NCBI GenBank assembly: GCA_025594325.1 | Contig: JANHCV010000003.1 | Coordinates: 248,001-312,000, forward strand | Source: Blastocladiella emersonii ATCC 22665 | Taxonomy: Eukaryota > Fungi > Blastocladiomycota | DNA length: 64,000 nucleotides | Direction: 5' to 3' | Part shown: piece by piece, positions 24,034-36,145 of the stretch | How positions within the stretch are numbered: position 1 is the stretch's first letter | How the letters are laid out: each line of letters opens with the position of its first letter | Made by a program: the position numbers and the translations under genes | Notes under the pieces: generated by a model | Seen by the model: only the letters and a program-made list of their open reading frames with translations | Told to the model about the DNA's origin: nothing | The model's database searches: none

Positions 24034-27014
24034 ATGGAGACGCACTTCAACCCCATGCAATACGCCCAGCAGCCCTTCGGCTACCACTCGCTTGGCGATC
24101 CGCCGTGGAATCCGGGTCCCGGCCAGCTGCACCCGCCGCCGTGGCCCGCTGGAGCCGTTCCCACCGCAGCCCCTGAGGCGCCGCACCTTGCTGCGCCGAC
24201 TGCTTTACCGAACGGGGATGCTGCCCCGAACCTAGATCTCTTGCTTTTTGCTCAACAACGCCTCGTCGTGCCCGCTCTCACTGCTTCAGGCGACCCGGAT
24301 CCCGCCGCCTGGCTGCGCGTCCTCGAAGCTGATCTCACCACGCTTGGCCTGCCGCGCCGCTTCTGGCACCTCGCCGCGCTTCATTATGCCAAACCGGATC
24401 TCGCGGGTGCCCTGCGGATGCGCTCCCAGGAGCGCGTCGATGCAGCTGGTATTCCCGGCGGCGATGTTTGGACGCTTGGACTTTGCCCGGTAGTTCTCGA
24501 GCTGCAACCTCCCGTAGTGCTGGCTCAGCCGGTTTACGATGCCCGATACGACATTCCTGCTCGAGTTGACACTTGGCCTCAGCAACAAGCTGCCGCGGAA
24601 CGCTTGCCCGACTTTATGATTGGAGCGTTTGGGACCTGGCCGCTCGTGCAGCCGCTTCAGCAGCCTCGGTCTCCGCCGCGGCCCCAATCTACGCGCATGG
24701 ACACGTCGGCAGCTTTTACGACTCCCGTTGATCCTATGCAAGCTCCAGCAATCGCCAATCTCACGACCGACGCGGACTTGGTTCACGAATGCGTGCCGGT
24801 CGAGGAATCGACTGAAACCGCCGAACCGATCGACCTTTCGCACGACGACTTAACCGACAAGTCCTCTCAGTTCACGCAGTCCGACGGCGAAACTGACGAC
24901 ATTTTCGAGCTCGAGTCCGCGCTTCCTGCTTCCCCTGTTCTTGCCGATGTCGCGACGACTTCCATTTCGTCACCGCCGAGCCCGGCCGCCGACCTTCCCG
25001 GTGCGGCTGCTGTTGATGTTGACGACGCTTCTCCTCACGCCTCGCAATCACGCCCAGTTTCGCCTTCGCTGTCCGACGAACATGTTGATCACGACGACGG
25101 AATCGAACCCTCCCCATCTTTAAAGGACCCGTCTTCGGCGTCGGACGACGGCTGCGAATCGCTTGCACCGGAATCTGTTCAGCTCGACGCGTCTGTTTCT
25201 TCGCCGAAGCTCGACACGACTGCTTTGCCAATGCTCGACGTGCAGCTCGCCAACCCGATTCTGGTCAGCGACGGTACGCGATACATGGCCCACGAGCGTA
25301 CCCGCTCCCTGATCTGACTTGCTCTCACGGTGTAGACGGTTCCGCGCAGCGCGAGATCATTGAAGCGATCGAGGACGGCACCCCCGCGGAGGTCGACCAC
25401 GCGAGCGGTATGCCTTCCCGCGAGCTGGACTCCAGCGAGCTTGCCGAAATCGCTGCCGCTCCTTCCGATGCGACTTGCAGCGACAGCGCGGCGGCCGACT
25501 TGGACAGCGACAAGGCGATCTGGCTCTCAACGTTCCCATCGTTGCTTGAAGCGCCGCTCACACTTTCGCCCATGTCTTCTCCAACCACCAGCGATTTCGA
25601 GCTCGAGTCGGATTCCGAGAACGAGCCAGACTTCAACGACGAAACCAAGATCCCGTGGCTTCACTGCATTCCCGCGCCGTGTGGAACAACTGTTGGGCGG
25701 GTTCGATTCGAGACCGAAGTCCGGTCGCTTCCGATCCGCGATCCCGCTGTGCCCATGGTTTGCGTCGATATCGTCTGGTCTGACTTGATCAGCGCTCACT
25801 ATGCTGGTCCTGGCGTGTGGGACTTTGACGCGGACCTGGTCCCGTGCCATATCCGACTTTGGGTCTACCCGGAAACCAAGTGGTCCGCGGTTCGGTACTG
25901 CATCCTGCAGATGGAGGTCACCAAGAATCTTTTAGGTCGGTCGCGTACTTCTCCTGTTTTCTGGCGCTTGACAAACGGCTGCTCTGGGATCGACGCGCGA
26001 CCTGCGGCCAACGGACTGTTGCTTGAGGGTGACGCCACGGTCGAGCGGCTTCTTGCCGCGAGCAATACCAGTGTTGCACCAAAGAAAAAGCTGACGCGAG
26101 GTAAGAAACGCGCGCCGCCGCAGCCGACTGCAGCAATGCGTGACGCGGCGAGTCCTCGCATTTTGCGCGTTCTTGCGATCTCAAAGGCGACCAAAATGGA
26201 CGGCGCCCCTCTCATCAGTGCCAAGCTTTCAAACGCGCCTCTCGCCGATTCGTTTCTCAAGGAACAGCTCTCCGTCCGTCACATGCTTGTCTTTGTCAAA
26301 GTGTATGGCGATCATACTGCCCTGCACTACATTCGCGCGAGCTGGGTTTCCTCGTCTGACGTGATTGGTGACGTGGTTCCCGCTGCGCTCCGCTTCGCCA
26401 AACTTCCGCACGTCAAGGAGCTTTTCGCGTCGCCCACGGCCATCTACGAAGAGCGGCTTGGGTCTGCGCCGCCACGCAAACTCCACCCTCGTTCCACTTG
26501 GCGCGATCTTGGCGTCACTTCGGGTGCTGTCGTTGTTCTCGAATACGTTGGCACCGTGTTCAGAAATCTCATTCAAGCTCAGCTCCAGCGAGCCAACTCT
26601 GACGACGAGTTTACCTCATGGCTCAGTCCGTCGTTGCGCTACCAATTTCTGTTCCTCTTCCCCCTCTTGTGGGACCTCTGTCCGTCCAACCTCCAAATGG
26701 TTATTCACCTCGCGCTCAGCGGGCTTTGGATCTCCGCTTCGCTGGCCCTCGACGCACCCCCTATTTCGCGCCGCCATTTGGACATGCGGCGGGAGTACTG
26801 TCTGATCGTTTACCGCCAAGTTGCGCCGCACGCGTACGCGGAGTGGGCCCGCTGGTGGACCTCGGGCGAGTGGGACCACGATTTCGCGTGGCTCTGCCAC
26901 CCTGGCGCGCCTGAGTTCACGACTCGTGGGTTGGACCAGGTGGATCCTCGACTTGTAGAGGGCGGAGATCTCACGAGCGGAGCGAAGAGTCTCCGCGAAG
27001 ACGGCTTGCAGTGA
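24034..27014 (+). CDS. Chimeric protein, copy 1: Gag-like N-terminus, acidic linker, USP7/Ubp15 UBL1-2-like domains (intron 25274-25335)
   Basis: ORFs 23953-25317 and 25410-27014 splice in frame via GTACGC...CTGAC...TGTAG (62 nt, phase 1). Motifs MVCVDIVWSDLISAHYAG..VWDFD, HMLVFVKVY, IYEER and LHPRSTWRDLGVTSGAVVVLEY resemble the USP7 C-terminal UBL1-2. A paralog lies at 53433-56545. Confidence 0.7.
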
Positions 27015-27265
27015 GTGAATGTTGTTGTTGCTGGTTTGATATACATAATTGTTTGAAGAACTTGTGGCTCAGCTTTTTTGCTTGGTGAAATGCTAGGTCC
27101 CACTCGTGATACTCAAACGATGGAACAACAACGTTCAAATGCAACGCTTCAAGTCGTTACCGGCGTAGATCCAGTCAAGCTCGATCGGTATGCCCCCCTA
27201 CCTGCTCTCCGACTCCCTTCGCGCGGTAGATGTGTGGCGCGGGATGTGGCGCAGGCTGTGGCGCA

Positions 27266-27615
27266 ACGCGTCTCGCACCGCGCACGTGATTTCAAAACGC
27301 GTCTCCCGCTGGCGCGAACGCGCGCGCAAACAGGAATTGAGTCAAAAGAATCAAAACCGAAACTTCAATCTAATATCTTACACTTTCAATCAACTGGGGA
27401 ATGGGGGAGGTCGTGAGGCGCAAGCTTCTCGACGGGCAGATGGTGGCCAAGATGATCGGAGTCAGATGACCGCTGGGCATATTGATGATTTCAACTCGAA
27501 TCCACCTCCGCACAACTCCTGCAGATTCGAACCCACGCCCTGTCAACCCTCCGACCACCATTGCCAAACGCAGTCTGGTGACCACCATGCTTGCCCGCTC
27601 CACCCGCGCCTCACG
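27266..27615 (+). repeat. 350-bp direct repeat, copy 1 (partner 33073-33422)
   Basis: By eye identical to 33073-33422 except one substitution (cagtctggtg vs cagtccggtg); flanks on both sides remain weakly alignable. Confidence 0.92.
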
Positions 27616-27796
27616 TTTGCTGTTCAACTTCCTTTTGCCTAGTCCCTGTCGCCCCGACCGATGCGGGTCGCGGCAGTCTTGCAGTCGAGATTCCGAATAC
27701 CACACGTTAAATCCACGGTCCACACCGTTCCGGTGGGTAGCAGCGTTGCACGCTTCCACGGAAAGTGCGGCCGCGGCGCTCAACCGATCTGGTCTC

Positions 27797-27828
27797 CTTG
27801 ATCCTTGATCCTTGATCATTGATCCTTG
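27797..27828. repeat. Short tandem repeat (TTGATCC)x~4
   Basis: cttgatccttgatccttgatcattgatccttga. Confidence 0.7.
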
Positions 27829-28128
27829 AAGGATTGGGCGATTGGTCGAGCGGTGAGTGGAGTCACGACTTTGCGTGGTTGCGCGAAACAATCGCACCAG
27901 GCTTCAAATCGGATACTTGTTGTGGTGGGTGATTAACACGTGAAGCGCAAAGCTTTGAAAGAGTTGTGATCATTTGCGCGACTGACATCGACGACACTTA
28001 TGGCAACGGCTCAGCGTAAAACGATTGATTGGCGAGCTAATCTCGGAGCGCGACGCGTTGCGCCACACGAGGAAATGTCAGTTAGTGCAGTTCATGTATT
28101 CATCATTTCTCGCTCATCAACACTCACA

Positions 28129-28450
28129 TCATGTCAAGCGCTTCGACGTTCGGCACGCGCACATCCTTGTCCTGGTGCGCCTTGGCCCACTCTCGCAAGC
28201 GCCAAAGGCGAGCGTCGCAATCTTGCTCGCCACACGAGGCCTCGACTTTGAGCTCGTACTCAAAGAAGTCAGGAACTGGGCAGTCTTTCCGTGCTTTGAA
28301 AGCTCAGCGAGATCGTGATCCGTGAGATCAACTGGTACTCCCGGCCGAATGAACGCGACCATGGCCACGGCGTAAATCTCGTTTCTCATATTATTCCCCA
28401 ACCGGCACAACGTGAATGGGCGTAGCTCAAGGAGCTGACGGCTATTAATG
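28129..28450 (-). pseudogene. Frameshifted remnant of the 3' end of the F-box-like gene at 33773-35872
   Basis: NEIYAVAMVAFIRPGVPVDLTDHDLAELSKH parallels NEIYAAAMVAFIRLGVPVDLTDRDLEELSKH at ~33990-34080; a 1-nt deletion (ttcctg-acttc vs ttcctgcacttc) shifts the frame; no 5' part is present. Confidence 0.7.
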
Positions 28451-28604
28451 CTGCGCATCCGCTGACCGCTGGCTGGACGCTGTGCGACACTGCGCCTTGC
28501 AAGTGATCGATTGCCTTGAATCCGCTTATTCACATCCGACCCGTGCGCGCGACGCGTTTCACTAGAAGCTGTGGCTGAAGCCACCTGAAATCAATGTATA
28601 AAAT

Positions 28605-31600
28605 CTAGTATCCGATCTCGCGGAACGTGTGGTTGATCATGCGCTCGCCGTCGTCATCAACCATGTACGTGACAAGGTCGGTTCCCGCATCCTCGTCCGG
28701 GTACTGGCTCTGGATCTCAGACACGTCCAGATGCAAGGTCTCGTACACCTCAGCCTTGTCTCCCTTCGAAGCGATGAACGGGATATCAAACGTGTTGTCC
28801 TCGTAGTCGTTCTTGTCTGGGACGATGCTCCACTCGCCCACGCACAGGACGCGGCGTCCGAGATCTAGACACGGGCGGATAGTGTCAGTTTCATGCTGGC
28901 TGCTCGAGGGCCTGTGAACAACGAGAAAACGTACGCGGCTTGTCCGGGAGCGCCCTGGTCGAGACCGTGCGCGCAACGGCAAGCGTTCCGCCGCGCAGCG
29001 TCTGGTTGACGATCACGTACGAGAGGGCCGAGTGATAGGCCTCCACCTCGCCGTCGTACGACGTCTTCTTCCACGACAGCTTGGGGTGCGGGCAGTACGG
29101 ACCTGTCTCAAAGTCTTCATTGGGGAGACCCGTGAGCACGCGGAAGTGCAGTGTCGCGATCCCGTTGTCAGCCGCGTAGTCGTCGTCGCGGTCGCCGCCA
29201 AACGGGTCCTCGCCGAGCAGCGCGTACTCCTCGCCCTCGAACACCATGCCGAGACGCATCGAGTGCGCCCCGACGATCCACGCCAGGTACGCGGGCAGCT
29301 TGGACGTGCCGCCAGCCACGATGGGCTGCGCGTTGCGCGCGCGCGCCTCGGCGAGCGTGTTCCACTCGAAGTGCTGGTAGAAGGCGATGTTGCGCGAGTC
29401 GGCGATGAGGATCTCGATGGCGATATCGCGCGACAGCGGGCGGCGGAGGCTGCTCTTGGACTGGTGCGGCAGCGTCGTGTACTCGTAGGCGCCGTCACCG
29501 TCGGCGCGCGGCAGGACGAACGACACGTGCGTCTCGCCGTCCTTGATAAACAGCTTGCCGGGCAGGACCGTCTTGTCGTCGATGCGGTACCGCGCGAACC
29601 GCGTCTCGTGCTTGCGGTACTCGACGCCGGCGCGGCCCGCGAGCGGGTGCGGCGCGTCGTTGTCGAGGCGCAGCGGGACCCACTTGAGGACGCGGTCGGC
29701 GGGCTCGTCGACGGTCGACTCGACGTGCACGTTGCGCGCGCGCGTGAGCCACTGGAACGACGTCGTGTGCTGCACGCCCGCGATGGCTGCCTTGCACTTC
29801 CACTCGCCCGTCGTGGGCGACTTGTACGCGAACGAGGGCACCAGGTTGGTGCGGCCGCCGACGTTGACGAGCGCCTGGGCCAGGTACGTCGGCTCGCCGA
29901 ACAGCGTGCCACCGATCACGGCGTTCTCGGGCACGTCGGGCGACAGCTCGTTGGGGACCCACGCCGTGAGCGGGAACGGCTCCTGCAGCGTCGTGGGTGG
30001 GAAGTCGTAGATGCAGGACCAGTCGGTCGAGCCGCGCGTGGCGAGGTGGCCGTACTGCATGGTGGCCTGCTTGGCGATGGCGTCGAGCTGCAGGATCGTG
30101 TCGGGGAAGGCGGCCTCGAACAGGACGGCGATCTCGTACAGGCACGACGTGAGCTGGGTGAGCATGGGCGCGTGCTCGTCTTCGCCGGCGCGGTCGGCTG
30201 CACTCAGCTCGACCATGCAGACAATGAGCACGTCGAGCTGTGACTTGATGGACGAGGAGAAGTGCTGGTGGACTTGCGGCGCCTGGACCTTGACGAGCCG
30301 CTTGAGGTCGCGCTTGTACAGCTCCTCGTCCTCCTCGCCGTACACGTCGTCCTTCATCCAGTCCATGAGCTCGACCTGGACGTACTCCATGGCCTCGTCG
30401 TACACGTCCGAGTCAATGTCGCCGAGCTCGTCGTCCATGACGCGCTCGCACAGGTGCGCGAGCGTGAGCAGCTCGGGCGCGATGGCCTTGAACAGGATGA
30501 TGAAGGCCGCGTCGTCGTTGAGCTCGTCGATGCGGCTGCGAAGCTCGCGGCACTTTGCGGCGACGTCGAGGAGCCTGGATGGGTAAGGTCGTGGTCAGCG
30601 TCATGGCGCATGAGCAGAGCAGCGGAGAAGTAGACGTACAAGTCCTGCTCGAGCTTGCGCATGTAGAAGACGCCGATGAAGGCGTACGACACGAAGCCAA
30701 AGTCGAAGACGAAAAAGTCGTTGATCTCGCGGACCGTGACGAGGCCCGAGTTGTCGGCGTCGAGCCGCTTGAGGTGCTTGCGGAAGCCGTCCATGAGGTA
30801 GTCCTCGACGTCGATCTCCCACTCCTCGTACCAGTCGTTGTACTTGGACTGGGTCTCGGCCATGAACACCTCGATTAGGTTGACCAGCGGCACGGTCGCG
30901 CCCCAGCCGCACCGCTGCCACACGTTGCGGATCGCGCCGTTGAAGATGTCCTCGTACGCGGCGCCACGGCGCGCGAGCCCCGCGACCTCGTCCTTGACCT
31001 CCTCGAGCACCTCGGCCTGCTCGGCGAGCGCGTCAAGCGCGGCCTGGAACCCGGCGTCGAGCGACGCCTCGAGCGCGTCAAACCGCTGGCTCACCTCGGA
31101 CACGAGCGAGACCGAGTACTCGACGCTGATCGCCTTGGCGAGCTGCTCAACGAGGTCGGGGTTGTTGGCAAAGGCGTCGGCGCCGCCGTGCGACTGGATG
31201 AACTCCTCGGCCTTGGTGTCCTCGGCCGAGGGCTTGGTGAAGGTGGGCGTCGGGTCGAGGCGCAGCACCGTCTCGACCTGGAGCACGAGCTGCAGCTGCG
31301 CGAGCGCGGCGCTCAGGCCGGCGTCGAGTGCGGCGAAACGCTCGCGGATCTTGGTCGAGTAGAAGCGCTACATGTGTGTGTGCGTGCGTGGTACGAGTGA
31401 GTGAGCATGAACCCGCTGAACGAGAAGATTCTCGCGGAGCGTGCAAGTCGCGGGGCAAACGTACGCGCTGAAAAGTCGACTTGGCGCGGTACTTGTGGAA
31501 GTACTTTGAGCACTCCTGGATCGACAACTCGATGGTGCCGAGCACGCTCTGGGCGCTGTCGACGTTCCACTTCTCCATGTAGTACAGGTTGCGGACCGTG

Positions 31601-32157
31601 TCGAGGACGAAGGTAATGCGCTTGAACAGCGTCGACGCCTTGTCGTCGTTCTCCTCGGCGTTGCGCTCGGCCTGGTACATGAGCGAGAAGCACTTGGCGA
31701 TGGTCCCGCCGAACGGCACCGTCTTGGCAATGTCGCCGAGGAACTCGGCCACGACCTCGGCCATGCCGAGGTACTCGCTGATGGCGAGCACCGTTTCCTG
31801 CACGTCGATCGCCTTGGACACGACGCCGGCGGCCGCGTGCAGCGCCGAGTCGGTCCGCGAGGCGCGGCGCTCGGTGGGCGAGGCAAGATCCTCGGCGGCA
31901 CGCGCAATGTCCGGGCGCCGGCGCGGGAGCGTGTACTTGGGCGGGAGCGCCGGCGGCGCCGGCGGCGCCGTGACCTCGATCGTGGGTTGCTCCGACATGG
32001 CGAGGGCTTGCGAAGACTCAGGGACGGAGGTCGGCACTTCGTCAGCGGGACCAGTCGAGGAAGGAGGGGTGGAGCGCGAGGGGCCCGAGGTCGACTTGGA
32101 CGAGGTGCGATGCTTCGAGTAGCCGAACAGGGACGAGAGGACGCCCTTGGGTGCCAT
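28605..32157 (-). CDS. Large protein: N-terminal helical bundle (MLKL/HeLo-like pattern), EF-hand, three DM9-like (DUF3421) repeats; 4 exons
   Basis: Introns at ~31368-31464, ~30575-30638 and ~28868-28935 join four ORFs in frame. VPFGGTIAKCFSLMYQAERNAEENDDKASTLFKRITFVL; EF-hand-like LDADNSGLVTVREIN; DM9-like WVP....DVPENAVIGGTLFGEPTYLAQ, WVPL...RFARYRIDDKTVLPGKL and FEW...IVAGG....AYLAW. Confidence 0.75.
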
Positions 32158-33072
32158 ATGTAATGACTGAGGCAGAGGCCGGCGAGAGAGAAAGGGCAGG
32201 GTTTCGGCCGAGCGGTTGCTTTGCACCGACGCCCGCTGTGCTCCGCCGCGATGTGGCAAATCGGCCGGCTACTGGTGTGGCGCAGCCCTCGTGGCGCCGA
32301 CCCGGTGGCCAATGATGCCACGCCAAGCCAGCAGATTTCACTGTGGCTCTCCGACGCGTTGCTCATTTGCCTGGAGGGCAGATGGTAGTCGAGTAGTAAA
32401 TTTGCCTTGCTAGTCGACCACACCCGCAGAACCAAGGCCACTCAAGTGAAGTACGCTAGTGCATCAATCCTAGCATTCGCAGGGAAGAGCCTGCACGAGG
32501 CGTCATCAGTCGCTCCTTTATTACGTCGGCTCCGCGGATTCGACGTTGGTGGCTTGTCTACACGGCCGAGTCCGTGAGGGTCATGCTCGCCAATGCCGTC
32601 GTCACCGCTGTTTCCTACGGCTCTCCTACCCCTACTTGCCTGGCACTCCTTCAGAAGCACGACCTCCAAGGGCTCAACCTGCGTCTAGACCGCGTGGCAG
32701 TAGCTTTGCATGTGTGTGTGCTTTGCTGTAGATCTCTCGGACCGTGTGTGAGCTCGCCGCGGATGGCGTGGTCAGGGCTTCGAGAAGGCCATAATGAGAG
32801 AGCGCGTTGCATCATTACCCTGGGCCAAATTAGGCAGAAGATTTGCAAGAGCTCCAATTGAATACGATTTGGAGGCACTGACTGCGTCAGTGCGCGTTCA
32901 TCGCATGCAACGCGAGAGTGCCTCGCAGGTGCTTGCATACTATCCCAGATCGGAAAAGTGATCTCTGGCGCTGAATTTGTACATACAAATGTTTACATAG
33001 ACTCGGATCGTTATGCCTCTCGCTCTAAACACCCAGAACGCGCGATTGACGTGTGGCGCAGGATGTGGCGCG

Positions 33073-33422
33073 ACGCGTCTCGCACCGCGCACGTGATTTC
33101 AAAACGCGTCTCCCGCTGGCGCGAACGCGCGCGCAAACAGGAATTGAGTCAAAAGAATCAAAACCGAAACTTCAATCTAATATCTTACACTTTCAATCAA
33201 CTGGGGAATGGGGGAGGTCGTGAGGCGCAAGCTTCTCGACGGGCAGATGGTGGCCAAGATGATCGGAGTCAGATGACCGCTGGGCATATTGATGATTTCA
33301 ACTCGAATCCACCTCCGCACAACTCCTGCAGATTCGAACCCACGCCCTGTCAACCCTCCGACCACCATTGCCAAACGCAGTCCGGTGACCACCATGCTTG
33401 CCCGCTCCACCCGCGCCTCACG
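33073..33422 (+). repeat. 350-bp direct repeat, copy 2 (partner 27266-27615)
   Basis: See copy 1; one mismatch by eye. Confidence 0.92.
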
Positions 33423-33794
33423 AATTCCGATCAGGTTACTTTTGCCTAGTCCCTATCGCCACTACCGAACCGGGTCGCGGAAGTCTTGCAGCCGAGCTTC
33501 CGTGTACCACGCTGGATGCATGGTCCACGCCGTCGCGCTGAAAGGCAGCGTGACATGCCACTACGGAAACTGCCGCTGCGACGCTTGACCGACCTACCTT
33601 GAGTGGTTGGATAACTGGTCGAGCGCGCGATAAACGCCGGCCATTTGCAGTACTGAACTCGACAACCCTTACCACGACGTTTCTTGCGACGTTCCAGCGA
33701 ATGGTGTTGATCAGCTAGCTAGCTGACGTTGGAGCGACGCGTTGTGCAGTGTACAAATTCATCCCTCGTCCATCACAGATCAAACTGAATCGAG

Positions 33795-35872
33795 CTATTC
33801 AACATCCGGATCCGGCCCAAGTCCCCACTTGAGCACCTCGTCGGCCTCGTGCGCCTTGGCCCACCCGCGCAGCCGCTGCAGGCGAGCATCACAACCCGCC
33901 TCGCCGCGGGCTGCAGCAACCTTGAGCGCGTACTCAAAGAAGTGCAGGAATTGAACAATCCTGCCGCCCCACTCGTGCTTGGACAGCTCTTCAAGGTCGC
34001 GATCCGTGAGATCGACTGGTACACCCAGCCGAATGAACGCGACCATGGCCGCGGCGTAAATCTCGTTTCCGTTCTTGTCGCCGAAATTGGGACATGCGGC
34101 GAGCGGTGCGCGAGCAAGTAGCCGAACACAGGTCTGCGCGCTGCGACCAAGAGGTCGCGCCAGCCGTCCTCGGTGTAGTTGCGCATCCACTCGGCATCGT
34201 GGGCGGTGCTGGTGATCTGGTTCTGGTGCTCGAGCAAGCGAGTCGCGTTCGCAGCGAGCTCGGCGTCCGAGTACGGCTCAACGCGCAAGATCAGGTCGCC
34301 CGGGAACGGCCAGTCGACGGCGCCGTCGTGCTGCGCTTGATCCATGAGGCGCATGCACATCGTGCAGCTATTGGGCAAATCTTTAGGGACAAGGCTCGAG
34401 TACTGGCATTTCTTGATGACGTCGTGGTATGGTACGACAGGAACCGCATTTTGAATTGCTTGCACGGCGGGCCAGATATTGGCTTCGACGTACGAGTAGC
34501 GAAGCGAGTTGAGCAAATGGACGTGCATGCGAGTCGGGACCCAGTGACGGCACACCCAGGAGGCGTACGTCGACTTCGCGCCGGCGACGTTACGCGGGAC
34601 CCAAAGATCGAGCAAGAGGCCATCGATGTGGGCGGCGGCGACGAGCATGTCCAGAAGCTTGGTTAGATCATGCTTACGCGGCAAGGTGGAGCAGTGTGGG
34701 AGTACGCGCTCGAGTAGAAGTCGGACTGAATCGTTTCTTTCCTCGAGCCAAACGTGGAGGTGAGATTTTGAAAAGGCTTGCCCAACCATAGTCCATTGCT
34801 GTGGGGAGGATCCCCGCGGGCGCGAAACGAGCCTTGAGGAAGCGAGGACCAGCAGATCGGCGAGTACTGTGAATGAAGCAAAGCCTCGCGGGCCCTGGAG
34901 TCGCGCGAGATGAATGATCACCGCCAAGGTCAAATGTGCGGATCTGTGTTTGGTGACCGCCAGAATGCGTGACACTGCACCCACAATAGCGTGAGGGCCG
35001 ATCGTGAGCAGTGCCTTGACAGCAGGCTCGATAAGGACTTTATGGTCGGCTCGTCCAGCCGCGCTTGTCATGGAGTCGCAGATCGTGAAAGCACACGCGA
35101 GTGAAGCAGCTTCGAGCGCGAGCGTGCGATAGACTGGGTCATCGCGGTTCGTGCGTACGGCAAGCAGGCACTCGAAGATGCTCCACAAGCTGGGTAGTTG
35201 ATGGTCGAGGCCAATATAGTTGCGGACGTACGGGAATGTCGCGCGTCGGTATCGTAGTCCGCCCGTCGAGACGCCCGTCGAGACGCCCGTCGAGACGCCC
35301 GTCACCCGATCGCGCCAGTTCGAGAGTATGTATGCAAGCGCGTGCGGCGATCCCTCGGGACAATATCCAGTGCGTATCTTGTCGGCAGAAAGCACCTTGG
35401 CAGCGAGCTTGTCACGGGCAGTTGGCGGAAGCGCCGCGAAAAGGAGATCGCGGAGCTCGGCCGCCGTAGTGACGGGCACCTGGCCCTGCGCCCAAGCGCG
35501 GAGCCACGACCACGGACGCGGATCGCCCACGTCGCTGAGAGCAAGCCGGCGGGCGACGTCAAGGAAGATATTACGCATTTGAGTGTTTGAGATGGACGAG
35601 CGAGCGGCGGACATGTCACGGTGGCGCCCGCGCTTTCGGCCAAGATAAACGGGTGCGGCGGCAAAGAACGCCTCCCGGTCGGTGCCGCACAGCTTGATCG
35701 TCATTTCGAGTGCGGGAGTAGCGTTCGCACGCCATAACGGGCTCGCGAGAACCGCTCGGCAGGTCGCGCGGAGGGCGAGCCGGTCCGCGTTGGACAACCC
35801 CGCCGACGCGATCACGGCGAGGAGCTCATTAGGCAGAGTAAGCAGCAAGCAATTGGTTTCATTAGGTTGCAT
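33795..35872 (-). CDS. F-box-like protein, intronless, with probable frameshift near 34100 (possibly a pseudogene)
   Basis: N-terminal LLTLPNELLAVIASAGLSNADRLALRATCRAVL is F-box-like. The C-terminus conserved with the 28.1-kb remnant (NEIYAAAMVAFIR...) lies in a different frame (ORF 33795-34190) from the long ORF. Confidence 0.55.
35261..35303. repeat. 12-bp tandem repeat (GCCCGTCGAGAC)x~3.5 encoding STGV repeats
   Basis: gcccgtcgagacgcccgtcgagacgcccgtcgagacgcccgtc. Confidence 0.8.
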
Positions 35873-36145
35873 GGTGTCAAAACGTGTGGTTGTGGTTGCA
35901 AGGTGGTAAGGGGGATAGCTTTAGCGATCGAGGCGGAGCAGCGGGGTCCGAGTTGCTGACGTGGCTTGTCTCGTTGTGGCGCAACGCGAACTTCACGGCG
36001 AACGAGCACGGCTTCTGTGAGGGACCGCCCTATCCTGCACCATCTCCGAGCATTTCCTGACACGATCCGGCTCGACGGATGTGGTTAGATTGAAAGCAGA
36101 TGTGACCGTTGATGAGTTGAGACTAGTAACAGGAATGAAATTAAA

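Noticed and set aside
32560-32830. Small spliced gene (MLANAVVTAVSYG...)
   Set aside because: Short, with no recognisable motif and weak coding bias; cannot be supported.
27233-33420. LTR retrotransposon bounded by the two 350-bp repeats (TG...CA ends, ~5.4-kb interior)
   Set aside because: No matching target-site duplication, no PBS/PPT, and no RT, integrase or protease inside; the interior is an intron-containing gene, and homology extends past both putative LTR ends.
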